A stretch of 64,000 nt of DNA from Sumerlaeia bacterium (GTDB lineage: Bacteria; Sumerlaeota; Sumerlaeia; MVZB01): NCBI GenBank assembly GCA_041687335.1, contig JAWLCE010000001.1:33840-97839 (forward strand). The letters run 5' to 3'. Both the position numbers and the translations under genes were made by a program. A model generated the notes under the pieces. The model was not told where the DNA came from, made no database searches, and saw only the letters and a program-made list of their open reading frames with translations. Of this stretch, positions 1 through 9,254 are shown one piece after another (within the stretch, counting starts at the first letter, position 1; each line of letters starts with the position of its first letter).

Positions 1-1079
1 AGGTTGTCAATCATCTGGACCGAGAGCAGTTCGCCCTCGATGTAGACCTGCTTGCGCGGGGAGTCGATGGCGCTGAGCAGGTCGTAAATCTTGTTGTGGA
101 CCGAGCGCACGTCGCGCACGACCAGGCGCGCGAGCTTGACGTTGAAATCCATGACGGCGTCGGGAGTCAGCAGCGGTTCGATGAACTTGTCGACGATTTC
201 CTCGAGCAGCTCGCCGTCGGTGCCGAGGTTGTTGAGGTTGTAGATGCGCAGCTCGACGTCGCGATCAAGCAGCGCGACCAGCTCCTCCATCATCTTGATG
301 CGCTCGAAGGTATCCTTGACCATGATGATGCGGTTGACGGGATCGACCTGGATTTCGGCGGCGGGCGAGGCAATCTCCTGCAGGCGTTCGGCAATCTCAT
401 CGGTGTCGGAGTGCTCGATGTCGAAGACCATCGAGAAGAGCTGGATGTCGAACTCGGAGATGATGTCCTGGATCTGGACGATCTTGTCGGGCAGGTCGGT
501 CACGATCAGGCGATTGGTGCGGGCGTCGGCCGAGGTGAGGCCGACCTCGGGGGTCAGGATCGGCTGGATGATGGTCTCCAGCTCGACGGCATCGATGTAG
601 CGAAGTTGGAAGGGGCGGCGGATGGCCTGCTGGCGCACCACCTCGGCGGTGTAGGTCTGGGGGTCGAAGAGCTGGTAGAGCGTGGGCTCGCGCTGGAGCC
701 AGACCAGATTGTGGGCCGTGGCGATGCGATTGAGGATTTCCTCGACCGGCTCGTTCTCGACGGTCAGGCTGAGGGTCAGGTTGGCGGCCTGGCCGCGGGC
801 CTCGACGCGAACGCCGGTCTGCTCGCGCAGGCGGGCGAGCACCTCGCTGATTTCCATCTCATGGACGAAGATGCTGGCCGTAGGACCGGCAGGAGCCTGC
901 TGGGGCAACTGCTCGCCGCCTTCGGGAAGGGCGCCGCCGACGCGCGGCGGGGGCGGTGCGGATTCCATCAGAACCTCGGGAGCGGGGGGCTCGAGCGGCT
1001 GGTCCTGGGCCGTTGCGAGGAATGGCAGCAGCAGCAAACAGGAGAAGGCGAAGGCGGAGCGGGGCAGCAGGGTCGGCAT
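1..1079 (-). CDS. Secretin (GspD/PilQ family), N-terminal part; the gene runs past the window start
   Basis: The minus-strand frame is open from the window edge to an ATG at 1077-1079. The encoded N-terminus MPTLLPRSAFAFSCLLLLPFLATAQDQ is a signal peptide. The last residues visible, PRKQVYIEGELLSVQMIDNL, match the V-x-I-E-a-x-l motif of secretin N-domains. It is absent from the ORF track because it is truncated at the edge. Confidence 0.5.
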   Translation of the reverse strand, partial: MPTLLPRSAFAFSCLLLLPFLATAQDQPLEPPAPEVLMESAPPPPRVGGALPEGGEQLPQQAPAGPTASIFVHEMEISEVLARLREQTGVRVEARGQAANLTLSLTVENEPVEEILNRIATAHNLVWLQREPTLYQLFDPQTYTAEVVRQQAIRRPFQLRYIDAVELETIIQPILTPEVGLTSADARTNRLIVTDLPDKIVQIQDIISEFDIQLFSMVFDIEHSDTDEIAERLQEIASPAAEIQVDPVNRIIMVKDTFERIKMMEELVALLDRDVELRIYNLNNLGTDGELLEEIVDKFIEPLLTPDAVMDFNVKLARLVVRDVRSVHNKIYDLLSAIDSPRKQVYIEGELLSVQMIDN

Positions 1080-1189
1080 CTTCGGGCAGTCCTTCGGGAG
1101 TGGTGTTCAGACGGGCCGGCGGGCGGCCTCCGCAAAACAATGGTTCATGAGAGCGGCGGTCGTGTCAATCGGCAGGGCCAGGAAGCCGC

Positions 1190-1720
1190 CTAGCGCTGTT
1201 TCATCCTCATCATCCGGCTCTCCTGGTCGGGCGCGGAGAGCTGCGCGCCCGGGTCGGAGCCCAGTTCAATCTTGGTCAATTGCACCTGGACCTGCTTTCC
1301 GGTTGCGTCCACGGCGGACTCACCAGTATACGCCGGTCCGTCGACTTTCAAAATAATCGGTTGCGCGGGGCGGCGATCGTCGCGGAAGACGGCGGTATCG
1401 GGCGGACGAATTTCGACCAGTCGCCAGCCGGCGACCGCCTGCTCGAGGTTGGGCGGCGGAGGCGGCGGCGGGGGGGCCGGGGTTGGGGTCGGGGTCGGGG
1501 TATAAAGCAGGTTGAAGAGCTGGCGGTTGATCTGGTCGGGCTCGCGGACGGGCGCGGGCAGCTCGACGGGGGGCTGATAGCCGGTCTCGCCGTTCATCAG
1601 GGCGCGAGCCTCGAGGACCTCGGCGGGCATTTCGTTGCGGGCCGTGGCCAAGTAGTAGACCAAGCCGCCGCAGGCAAGCACCAGCAGCAGGTTGATCAGA
1701 TTCAGGATCCGGTCGTGCAT
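1190..1720 (-). CDS. Secretin-associated inner-membrane protein (GspC HR-domain / PilP-like)
   Basis: It has an N-terminal TM helix (ILNLINLLLVLACGGLVYYLA), a proline-rich linker (TPTPTPTPAPPPPPPPP) and a ~90-aa C-terminal beta-rich domain. It lies directly upstream of the secretin on the same strand. Confidence 0.4.
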   Translation of the reverse strand: MHDRILNLINLLLVLACGGLVYYLATARNEMPAEVLEARALMNGETGYQPPVELPAPVREPDQINRQLFNLLYTPTPTPTPAPPPPPPPPNLEQAVAGWRLVEIRPPDTAVFRDDRRPAQPIILKVDGPAYTGESAVDATGKQVQVQLTKIELGSDPGAQLSAPDQESRMMRMKQR

Positions 1721-3420
1721 CTCGATTCCCTTCGCAGCATCTGAATCTTAAAGCAGGGCTCCTGCCGATAGAGCTGGAGCCGCGCCATGCCATGCTCGCG
1801 CAGCCATGGGGCCTCGTCCAGAAAGTCGAGCACGCGTGCCTCGCGCTTGGCGGGGGCGGGTCGCAGCGTGCGACCGATGCGCTGAAAGGCGCGGGTCTGG
1901 CTCTTGCCGCCGCCGGCCAGGATCAGGCCATCGAGGGTGGGCAAATCCAAGCCCTCGTCGGCCAGCGTGGTGGCGATCATGATCGGGTGCAATTTCCGTT
2001 CCAACTCGTCAAGGTATTGTCGCCGCAGCGCGCTGTCAAGGGATCCGTGGACAAATCGGGCCTCGGGCAGGCAGCGGGCCAGCGCCTCGCCATGGGTCAC
2101 CTGGGCCACCAGCACCAGCACCGAGAGGCCCTCGGCGGCCCAGGCGCGGGCCTGTGTCGCGATCACGCGGTTGCGTTCTTGGTTTTCCACGATGGCCTGC
2201 TGGTAGCAATCGGGGTAGCTGAGGCGGGGCTTGAGGCGCACAAGTGGAGCCGGCAGCATCTGGATGCGCGGGGGGACGAGGAAGCCCTGTTCGATGAGGT
2301 CGGAGGCGCTGGTGGCATGGATGCAGCGGCCGAGCGCAGCCTCGAGCAGCAGGTCGCAGCCGTCGTCGCGCCAGGGGGTGGCGGAGAGGCCGTAGCGGCG
2401 GGTGGCGGCGCCCGTGCGCATGGCGATGCGGTAGAAGGTGTCGGCCGGGACGTGATGACACTCATCGAAGATGACGACGGGCACTGATTCCAATTGATCG
2501 ATGACCTGACGTCGGGAGGCGTCGTCGAGGTGGACGGGGCGCTCCTCGCGCAGCTCCTCCTCGCCGGCGGCGGGGCGGGGGGAACGGGCGGGGCGCGTGC
2601 CGGCGCAGGCGCTGGCGACGGTCTGGATGGTGGCGACCGTGAGCGGGCGCAGCCGGGCCTGGCCGTCGCCGAGGATGCCGACCTCGAGGCCCAGCTCGCG
2701 CTCGAAGACCCGGGCGGCCTGGTAGAGCAGGTCGAGGGTGTGGACGAGGAACAGGGCGGGGCGGTCGAGCTGGCGGATGAGGTGGGCGGCGAGCATTGTC
2801 TTGCCGCCGCCGGTGGCGATCTGGATGATGCCGCGGCCGTGTTCGAGCGCGGCCGCCAGCGCCGCCTGCTGGTAGGGGCGCAGCGCGACGCGGACGGGGC
2901 CGGCCGCCAGGGGCGGGGCCTGGACGGGCGGAGGCGGCTCCAGTTCGAGGAGGTATTCGAGGCCGGCCTTGTCGAGGATCGCTTGGATGGCGGGCCAGAG
3001 ACCGGCGGGGAAGGACTGGGAGCGGGCGTCGAACAGATGCTTGCGGCCATCCCACTCGCCGCTCTTGAAGCTGGCGGCATAGCGGGCGCCGGCCACGGCG
3101 AAGGAGGTGGCCTTGTCAATCGCCTCGAGCGGTGCGCCGGAACCCGAAAGGCGGCCCTTGAGCGGGCCCAGCCGCACGCGCAGGCGGGAGTCGGCGAATT
3201 GGCTGTCATAGGCGGCAAGCAGGGCCGGATCGAGCGCGCCGCGCTCCAGGCCGAAGATGCGCAGCAGCTCGGGCAGGTGCGAGAGGTGGACCTCCCAGCG
3301 CTTGTGCCTGGGGTTCCAGCGGCGACGGGGCAAAAGTTTGATCAGCGAGACCTTATGGGCGTCATAGGGGAAGGCGACCGCAATCGTCTCGGCGCCGATC
3401 ATTGAGAGGTTCAGGGACAT
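1702..3420 (-). CDS. Superfamily-2 DNA helicase, XPB/Rad25-like (ResIII/DEAD-like)
   Basis: Motifs present: RPYQ (Q motif), ATGGGKT (Walker A), FDECHH (motif II), and SATPWRDD (motif III followed by an RDD tripeptide where XPB has RED). Its 3' end overlaps the next gene by 19 nt. Confidence 0.6.
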   Translation of the reverse strand: MSLNLSMIGAETIAVAFPYDAHKVSLIKLLPRRRWNPRHKRWEVHLSHLPELLRIFGLERGALDPALLAAYDSQFADSRLRVRLGPLKGRLSGSGAPLEAIDKATSFAVAGARYAASFKSGEWDGRKHLFDARSQSFPAGLWPAIQAILDKAGLEYLLELEPPPPVQAPPLAAGPVRVALRPYQQAALAAALEHGRGIIQIATGGGKTMLAAHLIRQLDRPALFLVHTLDLLYQAARVFERELGLEVGILGDGQARLRPLTVATIQTVASACAGTRPARSPRPAAGEEELREERPVHLDDASRRQVIDQLESVPVVIFDECHHVPADTFYRIAMRTGAATRRYGLSATPWRDDGCDLLLEAALGRCIHATSASDLIEQGFLVPPRIQMLPAPLVRLKPRLSYPDCYQQAIVENQERNRVIATQARAWAAEGLSVLVLVAQVTHGEALARCLPEARFVHGSLDSALRRQYLDELERKLHPIMIATTLADEGLDLPTLDGLILAGGGKSQTRAFQRIGRTLRPAPAKREARVLDFLDEAPWLREHGMARLQLYRQEPCFKIQMLRRESRCTTGS

Positions 3421-3556
3421 CGGCAGGCGTCCAAGACAAAGCTGGGGGCCGCGCCGGGGGCAAGGCGATGGGCCGGGACCCTAAAAAGTTCCCCGCCCGG
3501 GGCTGCCGAGCGGGGGTTTGATGCTGCATGCAAGGGACGGACCGTCACGATCGGCC

Positions 3557-5623
3557 TCAGGAGGCCGGGTCGGGTCGCGGCTCGTCCTGGTCGGTCGGCT
3601 CGGCGGGCGGCTCGGCCTGCGGCTCGGCGGGCAGCTCGATGGGCGAATCGCCGGGCAGCTCGACCGGGGCCTGGGCCGGCAGCTCGGGCGTGGGCTCGGG
3701 CGTGGGCTCGACTTCCTCGAGCACGGGGGCCGGAGCCGGGGCCGCTGCGGGCGGTGCCGGAGCGGGCTTTTTGCGCTCGGCGGGGATGATGTCCTCGAGC
3801 TGGATGTCCTCGAGCAGCTCGCCCATGCTCATCAGGCTGCCCTTGCTCTTCTTGCTCATGTAATTGGCGATGGTCTTGCGTTCCTGCTCCTTGAGCAGTT
3901 GGCGGCGGCTGAGCGAGATCTTGCCGCTGTCGCGGTCGATCTTGGTGATCTTGGCCTCGATCTTGTCGCCTGACTTGAGCAGGTCCTTGGGTGAATTGAC
4001 GCGCTCCTGATCCATCTGCGAGACGTGCATGAAGCCCTCGATGTTGGGGGCCAGCATGACGAAGACGCCGAACTCGGTGACGCCGGTGACCTCGCCCTCG
4101 ACCACGTCGCCGGGCTGGTGGGTGCCGAGGAAGACATCGAGCGGGTTCTCACCCATCTGCTTGACGCCCAGGCTGATGCGCCGGCGCTCGCGATCGATTT
4201 CGAGCACGACGGCTTCGACCTCGTCGCCCTTCTTGACGACGTCGCGCGGCTGGCGGACCTTCTTGTCCCAACTGAAGTCGGAGACATGGATCATGCCCTC
4301 GATGCCGGGCTCCAGCTCGATGAAGGCGCCGTACTTGGTCAGGCCGGTGACCTGTCCCTTGACGGTGCGGCCGTTGGGGAAGCGCTGCTCAATGCCCTCC
4401 CAGGGATCGGCGGTCAACTGCTTGAGGCCGAGCGAGATGCGGCGGTTCTCGGTATCGACGTTGAGGACGGTGGCGCTGACCTGCTGGCCGACGGCGACGT
4501 AATCGCCGGGCTTCTTGCCGACGCTGTCCCAGGCCATGTCGGAGATGTGGATCATGCCGTCCAGGCCCTCGTCGAGGCGGACGAAGGCGCCGTAGCTGGT
4601 CAGCGAGACGATCTCACCGGCGACTTCGGTGCCGGCGGGGTAGCGCTCGACGGCGGCTTCCCAGGGATTGGAGATCGCAAGGCGGCGCGAGAGGGTGACC
4701 TTGCCGCTTTCCTGGTCGATCTCGATGATCTTGGCCTGGACGGTCTGGCCGGCCTTGACGTATTCATCGGGGCGGGCGTTGCGCTGCCAGGAAATCTCGC
4801 TGCGCGGGATGAGGCCGTCGAGCCCCTCGCCCAGCTCGACGAAGGCGCCGAACTCGACGACGCGCTTGACGCGGGCCTCGATGAGCTGATTCTGCTCGAA
4901 GCCCTGCAGCGTCTGACGGCGGCGGGTCTCCAGTTGGTCCTCGATCATCTGGCGGCGCGAGATGATGATGCGGCGCTTTTCGGGGGCAAACTCGATGACG
5001 TAGCCCTCGACCTCGCGGCCGACCCAGGCGTCAAAGTCGCTGATGCGCTGGACGTCGACCTGGGAGGCGGGCAGGAAGGCGGTGGTGCCGATGTCGAGGA
5101 TGAGGCCGCCCTTGACGGTGCGCGTGACGATACCCTTGAGCGGGACGCGCTTGCCGAAGGCTTCCTCGGCGGCGGTCCAGGCCTTGCGGCGGCGGGCCTC
5201 GCGATAGGAAAGATTGATGAGGCCGGTGTCGGGGTCGGGTCCCTTGACGATGACGTCGATGATATCGCCAGGCTGGACCTGCGGCTTGTCATTGATCATC
5301 GGAAATTCGCGGATATTGACGAAGCCCTCGCTCTTGTCACCGACATCGACAAGGACGCCGTCGGCCTTGACGGCAACGACGGGCACCGAGAGCAACTGCC
5401 CCTGATTGACCTCCGGACTCATGCGGTCCAGATACTGGTCGATCATGGCATCCATTTCGTCCATGGCGCCGGTTTCGCCCGGCTCCAAGTAATCGTCCTC
5501 ATTCTCGTCAAACATCGAGGCGCCGCCCATGAGGCGCTCTTCTTCGGAGCGGGGGGGCCGCCGTTCGGAATTAGAAATCCGCGGGGATTTCTGATCATTC
5601 GCCGTATTTCCATGGTCCGCCAT
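3557..5623 (-). CDS. rpsA: 30S ribosomal protein S1 with an unusual Pro/Ala/Glu-rich C-terminal tail
   Basis: Multiple S1 domains are recognisable (for example GQVTGLTKYGAFIEL and GEVTGVTEFGVFVML). The start was refined to MADHGNTAND, which has GAGGT 8 nt upstream. The C-terminal ~70 aa is low-complexity PAPAPPAAAPAP...EPTPEPTPE. Confidence 0.85.
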   Translation of the reverse strand: MADHGNTANDQKSPRISNSERRPPRSEEERLMGGASMFDENEDDYLEPGETGAMDEMDAMIDQYLDRMSPEVNQGQLLSVPVVAVKADGVLVDVGDKSEGFVNIREFPMINDKPQVQPGDIIDVIVKGPDPDTGLINLSYREARRRKAWTAAEEAFGKRVPLKGIVTRTVKGGLILDIGTTAFLPASQVDVQRISDFDAWVGREVEGYVIEFAPEKRRIIISRRQMIEDQLETRRRQTLQGFEQNQLIEARVKRVVEFGAFVELGEGLDGLIPRSEISWQRNARPDEYVKAGQTVQAKIIEIDQESGKVTLSRRLAISNPWEAAVERYPAGTEVAGEIVSLTSYGAFVRLDEGLDGMIHISDMAWDSVGKKPGDYVAVGQQVSATVLNVDTENRRISLGLKQLTADPWEGIEQRFPNGRTVKGQVTGLTKYGAFIELEPGIEGMIHVSDFSWDKKVRQPRDVVKKGDEVEAVVLEIDRERRRISLGVKQMGENPLDVFLGTHQPGDVVEGEVTGVTEFGVFVMLAPNIEGFMHVSQMDQERVNSPKDLLKSGDKIEAKITKIDRDSGKISLSRRQLLKEQERKTIANYMSKKSKGSLMSMGELLEDIQLEDIIPAERKKPAPAPPAAAPAPAPVLEEVEPTPEPTPELPAQAPVELPGDSPIELPAEPQAEPPAEPTDQDEPRPDPAS

Positions 5624-5745
5624 GCGGATATTACCTCGTTGGTTTCCTGTTTTGGTTCGTATGACGCTGTCGCACCCGCACCATCGCGCCACCCGGGGCC
5701 CCTGCTCGCCCATGTGTGGGAGCGGGACCCTTCGCGGGAAAGATT

Positions 5746-5774
5746 ATTCTCGGGGAAAGTCTTATGGGTGTCAA
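5746..5774 (-). promoter_or_regulatory. Candidate sigma70-like promoter for rpsA (TTGACA-N17-GAGAAT)
   Basis: Read by eye on the minus strand. It overlaps the 3' end of the NfeD gene and leaves a ~115-nt leader before the rpsA ATG. Confidence 0.2.
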
Positions 5775-6265
5775 CGAGATAAGCGACCGGCGGCGGTGCG
5801 GGAGGGCGGATCGGCCGGCTCGACAAGCACGTAAATAGAATCGTGGCCGCGCACGACGACCTCGCGGCCGGCGTCCAGCCGCAGCTCCTGGCGCAGCGAG
5901 CGGGCGGCGAGAAGACGCCCCTGCCAACGAACCGAACCAGTGGGGCGCAGCGGTTGAACGACCTCAAGGACCTGGCCCAGCGGGGGGCGCTCGGGATCGA
6001 CCTCGGGGGGCGGCTCATCCTCGGCCGGCTTGAGCGCCATTGCGCTCTTGCCATGGCGGATGGCCAGCCAGAGCACGCCGGTGACGGCGGGGATCACCAG
6101 GATGAGTACCAGCATCCCATGCGCCGGCCCCCAGATCAGGAAGCTGTAGTAGATGGACAGGGCGAGCATCAACAGGCCGATGATGGCGCTGACGCCATAG
6201 GGCAGCGCCGCCTCGAGCGCGATCAAGATGAGACCCAGCAGCAGCAGCACGACGACCAGGAACAT
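5771..6265 (-). CDS. NfeD-family membrane protein (short form)
   Basis: Three N-terminal TM helices are followed by the C-terminal OB-fold signature ...GQVLEVVQPLRPTGSVRWQGRLLAARS...VVVRGHDSIYVLVEP. Confidence 0.55.
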   Translation of the reverse strand: MFLVVVLLLLGLILIALEAALPYGVSAIIGLLMLALSIYYSFLIWGPAHGMLVLILVIPAVTGVLWLAIRHGKSAMALKPAEDEPPPEVDPERPPLGQVLEVVQPLRPTGSVRWQGRLLAARSLRQELRLDAGREVVVRGHDSIYVLVEPADPPSRTAAGRLSR

Positions 6266-6287
6266 GGGACGGCGCCTTTGGAGGAGA

Positions 6288-6749
6288 TCAGGGTTGATAG
6301 GCCGGTTCGGCGGGAGCCGGCCGAGTTTCGGCGAGCAGGCCCAGGCCCAGCCGCCGGCAGATATCCATCACGCGCACGACGCGACCCCAGTCGGCCTGGT
6401 CGTCGGCGCGCAGACGCAGCTCGCGGTTGCCGCCGCCGGCCAGCTCGCCCAGCAGCAGCTCCAGTTCGGCCTCGCCAACGGCGCGATCGCCGAACATCAG
6501 GAGCCCCTCGCGGTCGAGCACCAGCGTCGGCAGGGGTTCGGCAGAGGCCTGCTGACCGGCGGCGGCCTCGGGCAGGCGCACCGGCAACTGGGTCAGTTCC
6601 TGGCGGATGGTGGTCGTCAAGACAAAGAAGAAGATCAGGTTGAAGATGACGTCCAGCATCGGCGTGAGCGTGATGCCGGTCTCGAGCCGTCGGCGGCGGC
6701 GGGGCCGGAGGACGGGGGCCGAGGGCGGAGCGGGCGCGGCGACGCTCAT
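6288..6749 (-). CDS. exbD: ExbD/TolR biopolymer transport protein
   Basis: Contains the ExbD motif ITPMLDVIFNLIFFF. Its start overlaps the exbB stop in an ATGA junction. Confidence 0.75.
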   Translation of the reverse strand: MSVAAPAPPSAPVLRPRRRRRLETGITLTPMLDVIFNLIFFFVLTTTIRQELTQLPVRLPEAAAGQQASAEPLPTLVLDREGLLMFGDRAVGEAELELLLGELAGGGNRELRLRADDQADWGRVVRVMDICRRLGLGLLAETRPAPAEPAYQP

Positions 6750-7426
6750 CGGGCGGCCTCCGCCAGCGCGGGCGCCGGGGCGGGCTCATCGGCCGGCTCG
6801 CCGAGAGCGTCCAGCACGCGGGCGGCCTCGCGCGGCAGGCCGTCGCGCTCGTAGCGGCGGATGATCCCCTCGAGCCAGCGGGCGGCGACGTAGGCCGGGA
6901 TTGCAATGCCCAGACCCCAAAGGGTGGTGACCAACGCCTGTTGGATGCCCTCGGAGAGACGGCCGACGGTCTGCTCGCCGGCCAGCTGGGTGAACTGGTA
7001 GAAGGCATCCATCATGCCCAGGATCGTGCCCATCAGCCCGAGCAGCGGGGCAATGGTATAGATCGTCGCCAGCACGCCCAGGCCATCGTGAAGGTCGTCG
7101 GCGGCATCGGCCGAGGCCGCGGCCAGTTCGGCCGCCGACGGGTCCTGGTCGGGCCGGTCGCGCAGGACCTGGTGGATCACCCGCCCCAGCGGTGAGGGGT
7201 CGCCGGCGAGCGAGGCGATGAACTCATGGCGCGCGGGGGCGGCGGCCGCAGCGCGGACGAGCCGGCGCGGCAGCACCCGGCCGCGGCGCAGCCGGATCAT
7301 CCCCTGGAGAACCGCGCCGAGCATCAGCAGCGACAGCGGCAGCAGGATGAACATCATCGGCCCGCCATCGAGCACATATTTCTCCAGAAGCGTGTTCTCG
7401 AACATACCCTCAAAAACTGACCACAT
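6746..7426 (-). CDS. exbB: MotA/TolQ/ExbB proton-channel protein
   Basis: Three TM helices with the conserved C-terminal region TIAPLLGLMGTILGMMDAF...ALVTTLWGLGIAIPA. The start was set at MWSVFEGMF. Confidence 0.75.
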   Translation of the reverse strand: MWSVFEGMFENTLLEKYVLDGGPMMFILLPLSLLMLGAVLQGMIRLRRGRVLPRRLVRAAAAAPARHEFIASLAGDPSPLGRVIHQVLRDRPDQDPSAAELAAASADAADDLHDGLGVLATIYTIAPLLGLMGTILGMMDAFYQFTQLAGEQTVGRLSEGIQQALVTTLWGLGIAIPAYVAARWLEGIIRRYERDGLPREAARVLDALGEPADEPAPAPALAEAAR

Positions 7427-7468
7427 AGGACATCCCTTTGCTCTCATTGCCGACGTTGCACGTCAGAT

Positions 7469-8481
7469 TCATCGGACCGGCTCCACGAGCGCCTGAGCGG
7501 GCGGGGGCGGCGCGGGCGCAATCGGCTCGGTATCGAGCCGGATGATGCCCAGGTCGTATTGGCTGCCGGCGGGGACGATGCCGAAGATGACCCGCTTGAC
7601 GCGCACCGTGGAGAGGTCGATGCCGCGGCGGGCGAGCTCGGCCTCCTCGAGCTGCATCAGCCGTCGGATCGTTCCGTCGCCGAAGGTCAGAATGCGATAG
7701 ACGCCCGAGACGCTGGCGCCGACGAACTTGCCGGCGGAGGTCTCGACGGAGCTGAGGTAGCGGCTGCCGACGGCCTGGCCGGGCTCCAGCCGCTGGATCA
7801 TGACATTGAAGCCCCAGTGGCGCAGCACCTCGTCGGCGACGGCGTCGGAGACATCGGAAGTATCAACCGAGCGGACGACGCCATCCTGCAGCGGGCGGGC
7901 GCGGTGAATCGTCTGGCGCGCGACATGGGCGGCGCGCTCGGCAGCCAAGGCGGCGGCGACCGTCTGGGAGCCACGCTGGCGGGCAAGTTGATTGGCCTGC
8001 TCGAGCGCCTCGCTCTCGGCGTGCAGCTCGCGGGCGAGCTCGACGAGTTCCTCGGCCGGGCGGCCGCCGGGGGGCTGGGGCTGCGGCTCGGCCTCGGGCA
8101 CGGGCGCAGGGGCGGCGGCCAGCTCCGCCGGCTCGGTTGGCTCGGTTGGCTCGGGGGGGGACTCCACAGCCGGCTCGGGCGGCGTCTCGACAGCCGGCTC
8201 GGGCGGCGTCTCGACGGGTGGGGACTCCACGGCCTCAAGGGCGGCCTCATCGATCGCAGGCTCGGGCTCGGGCACGGGGTCGGGTGCGGCGAAGACGATG
8301 CGGACGGGCTCGGTGGGGTCGGGCGGGAGGATCGCAGCGGAACGGGCGATGCCGAGCACGGCCAGCAGGGCCAGATGCAGGCAGGCGGCGATAATCCAGC
8401 CGCCGGCACGCTCGCCCAGGCTGAGCCGGCGCGGCGGGGCTGCCGGCCCATCGGGCCGATCGCTGGCTTCGGCGGTGCTCA
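7469..8481 (-). CDS. TonB-like energy transducer with a non-canonical C-terminal domain
   Basis: The start was refined to MSTAEASDRPDG (8481 is accurate to about 1 nt). It has a TM anchor (WIIAACLHLALLAVLGIA), a Pro/Glu-rich repeat linker (ESPPVETPPEPAVETPPEPAVESPPEP) and a ~200-aa C-terminal domain that does not resemble the classic TonB C-terminus. It sits directly upstream of exbB. Confidence 0.45.
8163..8232 (+). repeat. Tandem direct nucleotide repeat (2 x ~27 nt) encoding the PEPAVE(T/S)PP repeats of the TonB-like linker
   Basis: The unit cagccggctcgggcggcgtctcgac occurs twice back to back. Confidence 0.6.
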
Positions 8482-8513
8482 TGCCTGTCTCCAATCCGCT
8501 CGTGGCCGGCGAG

Positions 8514-9029
8514 CTAATCCAGTCGCGGCGGCACCGGCTGACGATCGACCATCCAACCCTCGGGGGGGCTGAGGTCGTCAAGGTCGGCCGGTTCAAGCTC
8601 CTCGATGACGATCGCGGTGCCCCGCATGAAGTAGAGCGGATAGCGGCCCTGGCGCCAAGAGAAGAAGGGGGTGCGCTCGTCGAGGGTGAAGCCTTGGATT
8701 TCCTTGGTGAGGATGCGCACATCCTCGATCGCGTTGGCGCCGACGCGGCGGGCGCGCTGCTTGAGTTCCTCGAGCTGCGCGCGGCGGCTGGTCTCGTCGG
8801 CGTGGGGTGTGGCGCTGGTTTCTATGATGGCGATGCGATCGGGAGCGGGCTGGATGCTGCCGACATAGACCTCGACCGGGATGTGATCGGGCAGAGGCGC
8901 GGGGCGTTGCTCGGTCAGCCAGCGCAGGCGCGGCCCGCCGCAGCCGACCACCAGCATGAACGCCGCCAGCAGCGGCAGAGAGCGGCCGGCGCGCCGGATT
9001 GAACGTGAGAGCAGAGGCAAAAATTTCAT
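8514..9029 (-). CDS. Hypothetical lipoprotein
   Basis: The start was refined to MKFLPLLSRS.... It has a signal peptide with an LVVGC lipobox. Confidence 0.45.
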   Translation of the reverse strand: MKFLPLLSRSIRRAGRSLPLLAAFMLVVGCGGPRLRWLTEQRPAPLPDHIPVEVYVGSIQPAPDRIAIIETSATPHADETSRRAQLEELKQRARRVGANAIEDVRILTKEIQGFTLDERTPFFSWRQGRYPLYFMRGTAIVIEELEPADLDDLSPPEGWMVDRQPVPPRLD

Positions 9030-9254
9030 GCTGCCCAGGATTCTTTCGCAGGGATGGGGCGCGCCGCCGATCGACGCACCATCATACTGTTGTTTGCGAT
9101 CCCAGCGCCCGAACGCAAGGGAAAAACCAAGAAGAAGCTTGCGGGGGGCGCCTTTGGCGCCCGGTCGCGGGGTGAGCGCGCCCGAATTGCTTGATTGCCG
9201 GGCTGGGGGGCGGTAGGCTGCCAGCCGAAGAAAGTCATCCGCCGGAGGCCAATC

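Noticed and set aside
96-1193. A 365-aa plus-strand ORF (MDRAHVAHDQARELDVE...)
   Set aside because: It is Asp/Gly/Leu/Val-rich low-complexity sequence typical of the antisense strand of a high-GC gene. The opposite strand encodes a secretin with a clear signal peptide.
4025-5782. A 585-aa plus-strand ORF opposite rpsA, and similar long antisense ORFs (2163..3218-, 2494..3405+, 10744..11778+, 16886..18046-, 20606..21604-, 24728..26245-, 27049..28563-, 30393..32105-, 33297..34162+, 34208..36598+, 37894..39258+, 39306..40817+, 43401..44567-, 45118..46563+, 50888..52522+, 55733..56581-, 58216..59541-, 59151..60389-, 61026..61994+, 61995..62927+)
   Set aside because: They have no domain signatures and are Arg/Pro/Ala/Gly-rich or Asp/Gly/Leu-rich. 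Each lies opposite a gene with strong family motifs. Such frames are the expected result of GC3 skew in roughly 68% GC DNA.
7469-8722. Long 5' extensions in the ORF track (7469..8722, 8514..9293, 9195..10412, 12138..13328, 18348..19535, 19707..20549, 21709..23016, 23341..24702, 37846..39489, 41783..42796, 50765..52714, 52725..53789, 54355..55695, 57270..57794)
   Set aside because: The upstream parts are Arg/Pro/Ser-rich, overlap neighbouring genes or repeats, and lack an SD. Internal starts give signal peptides or canonical N-termini with an SD. Refined starts are reported in the features, accurate to within a few nt.
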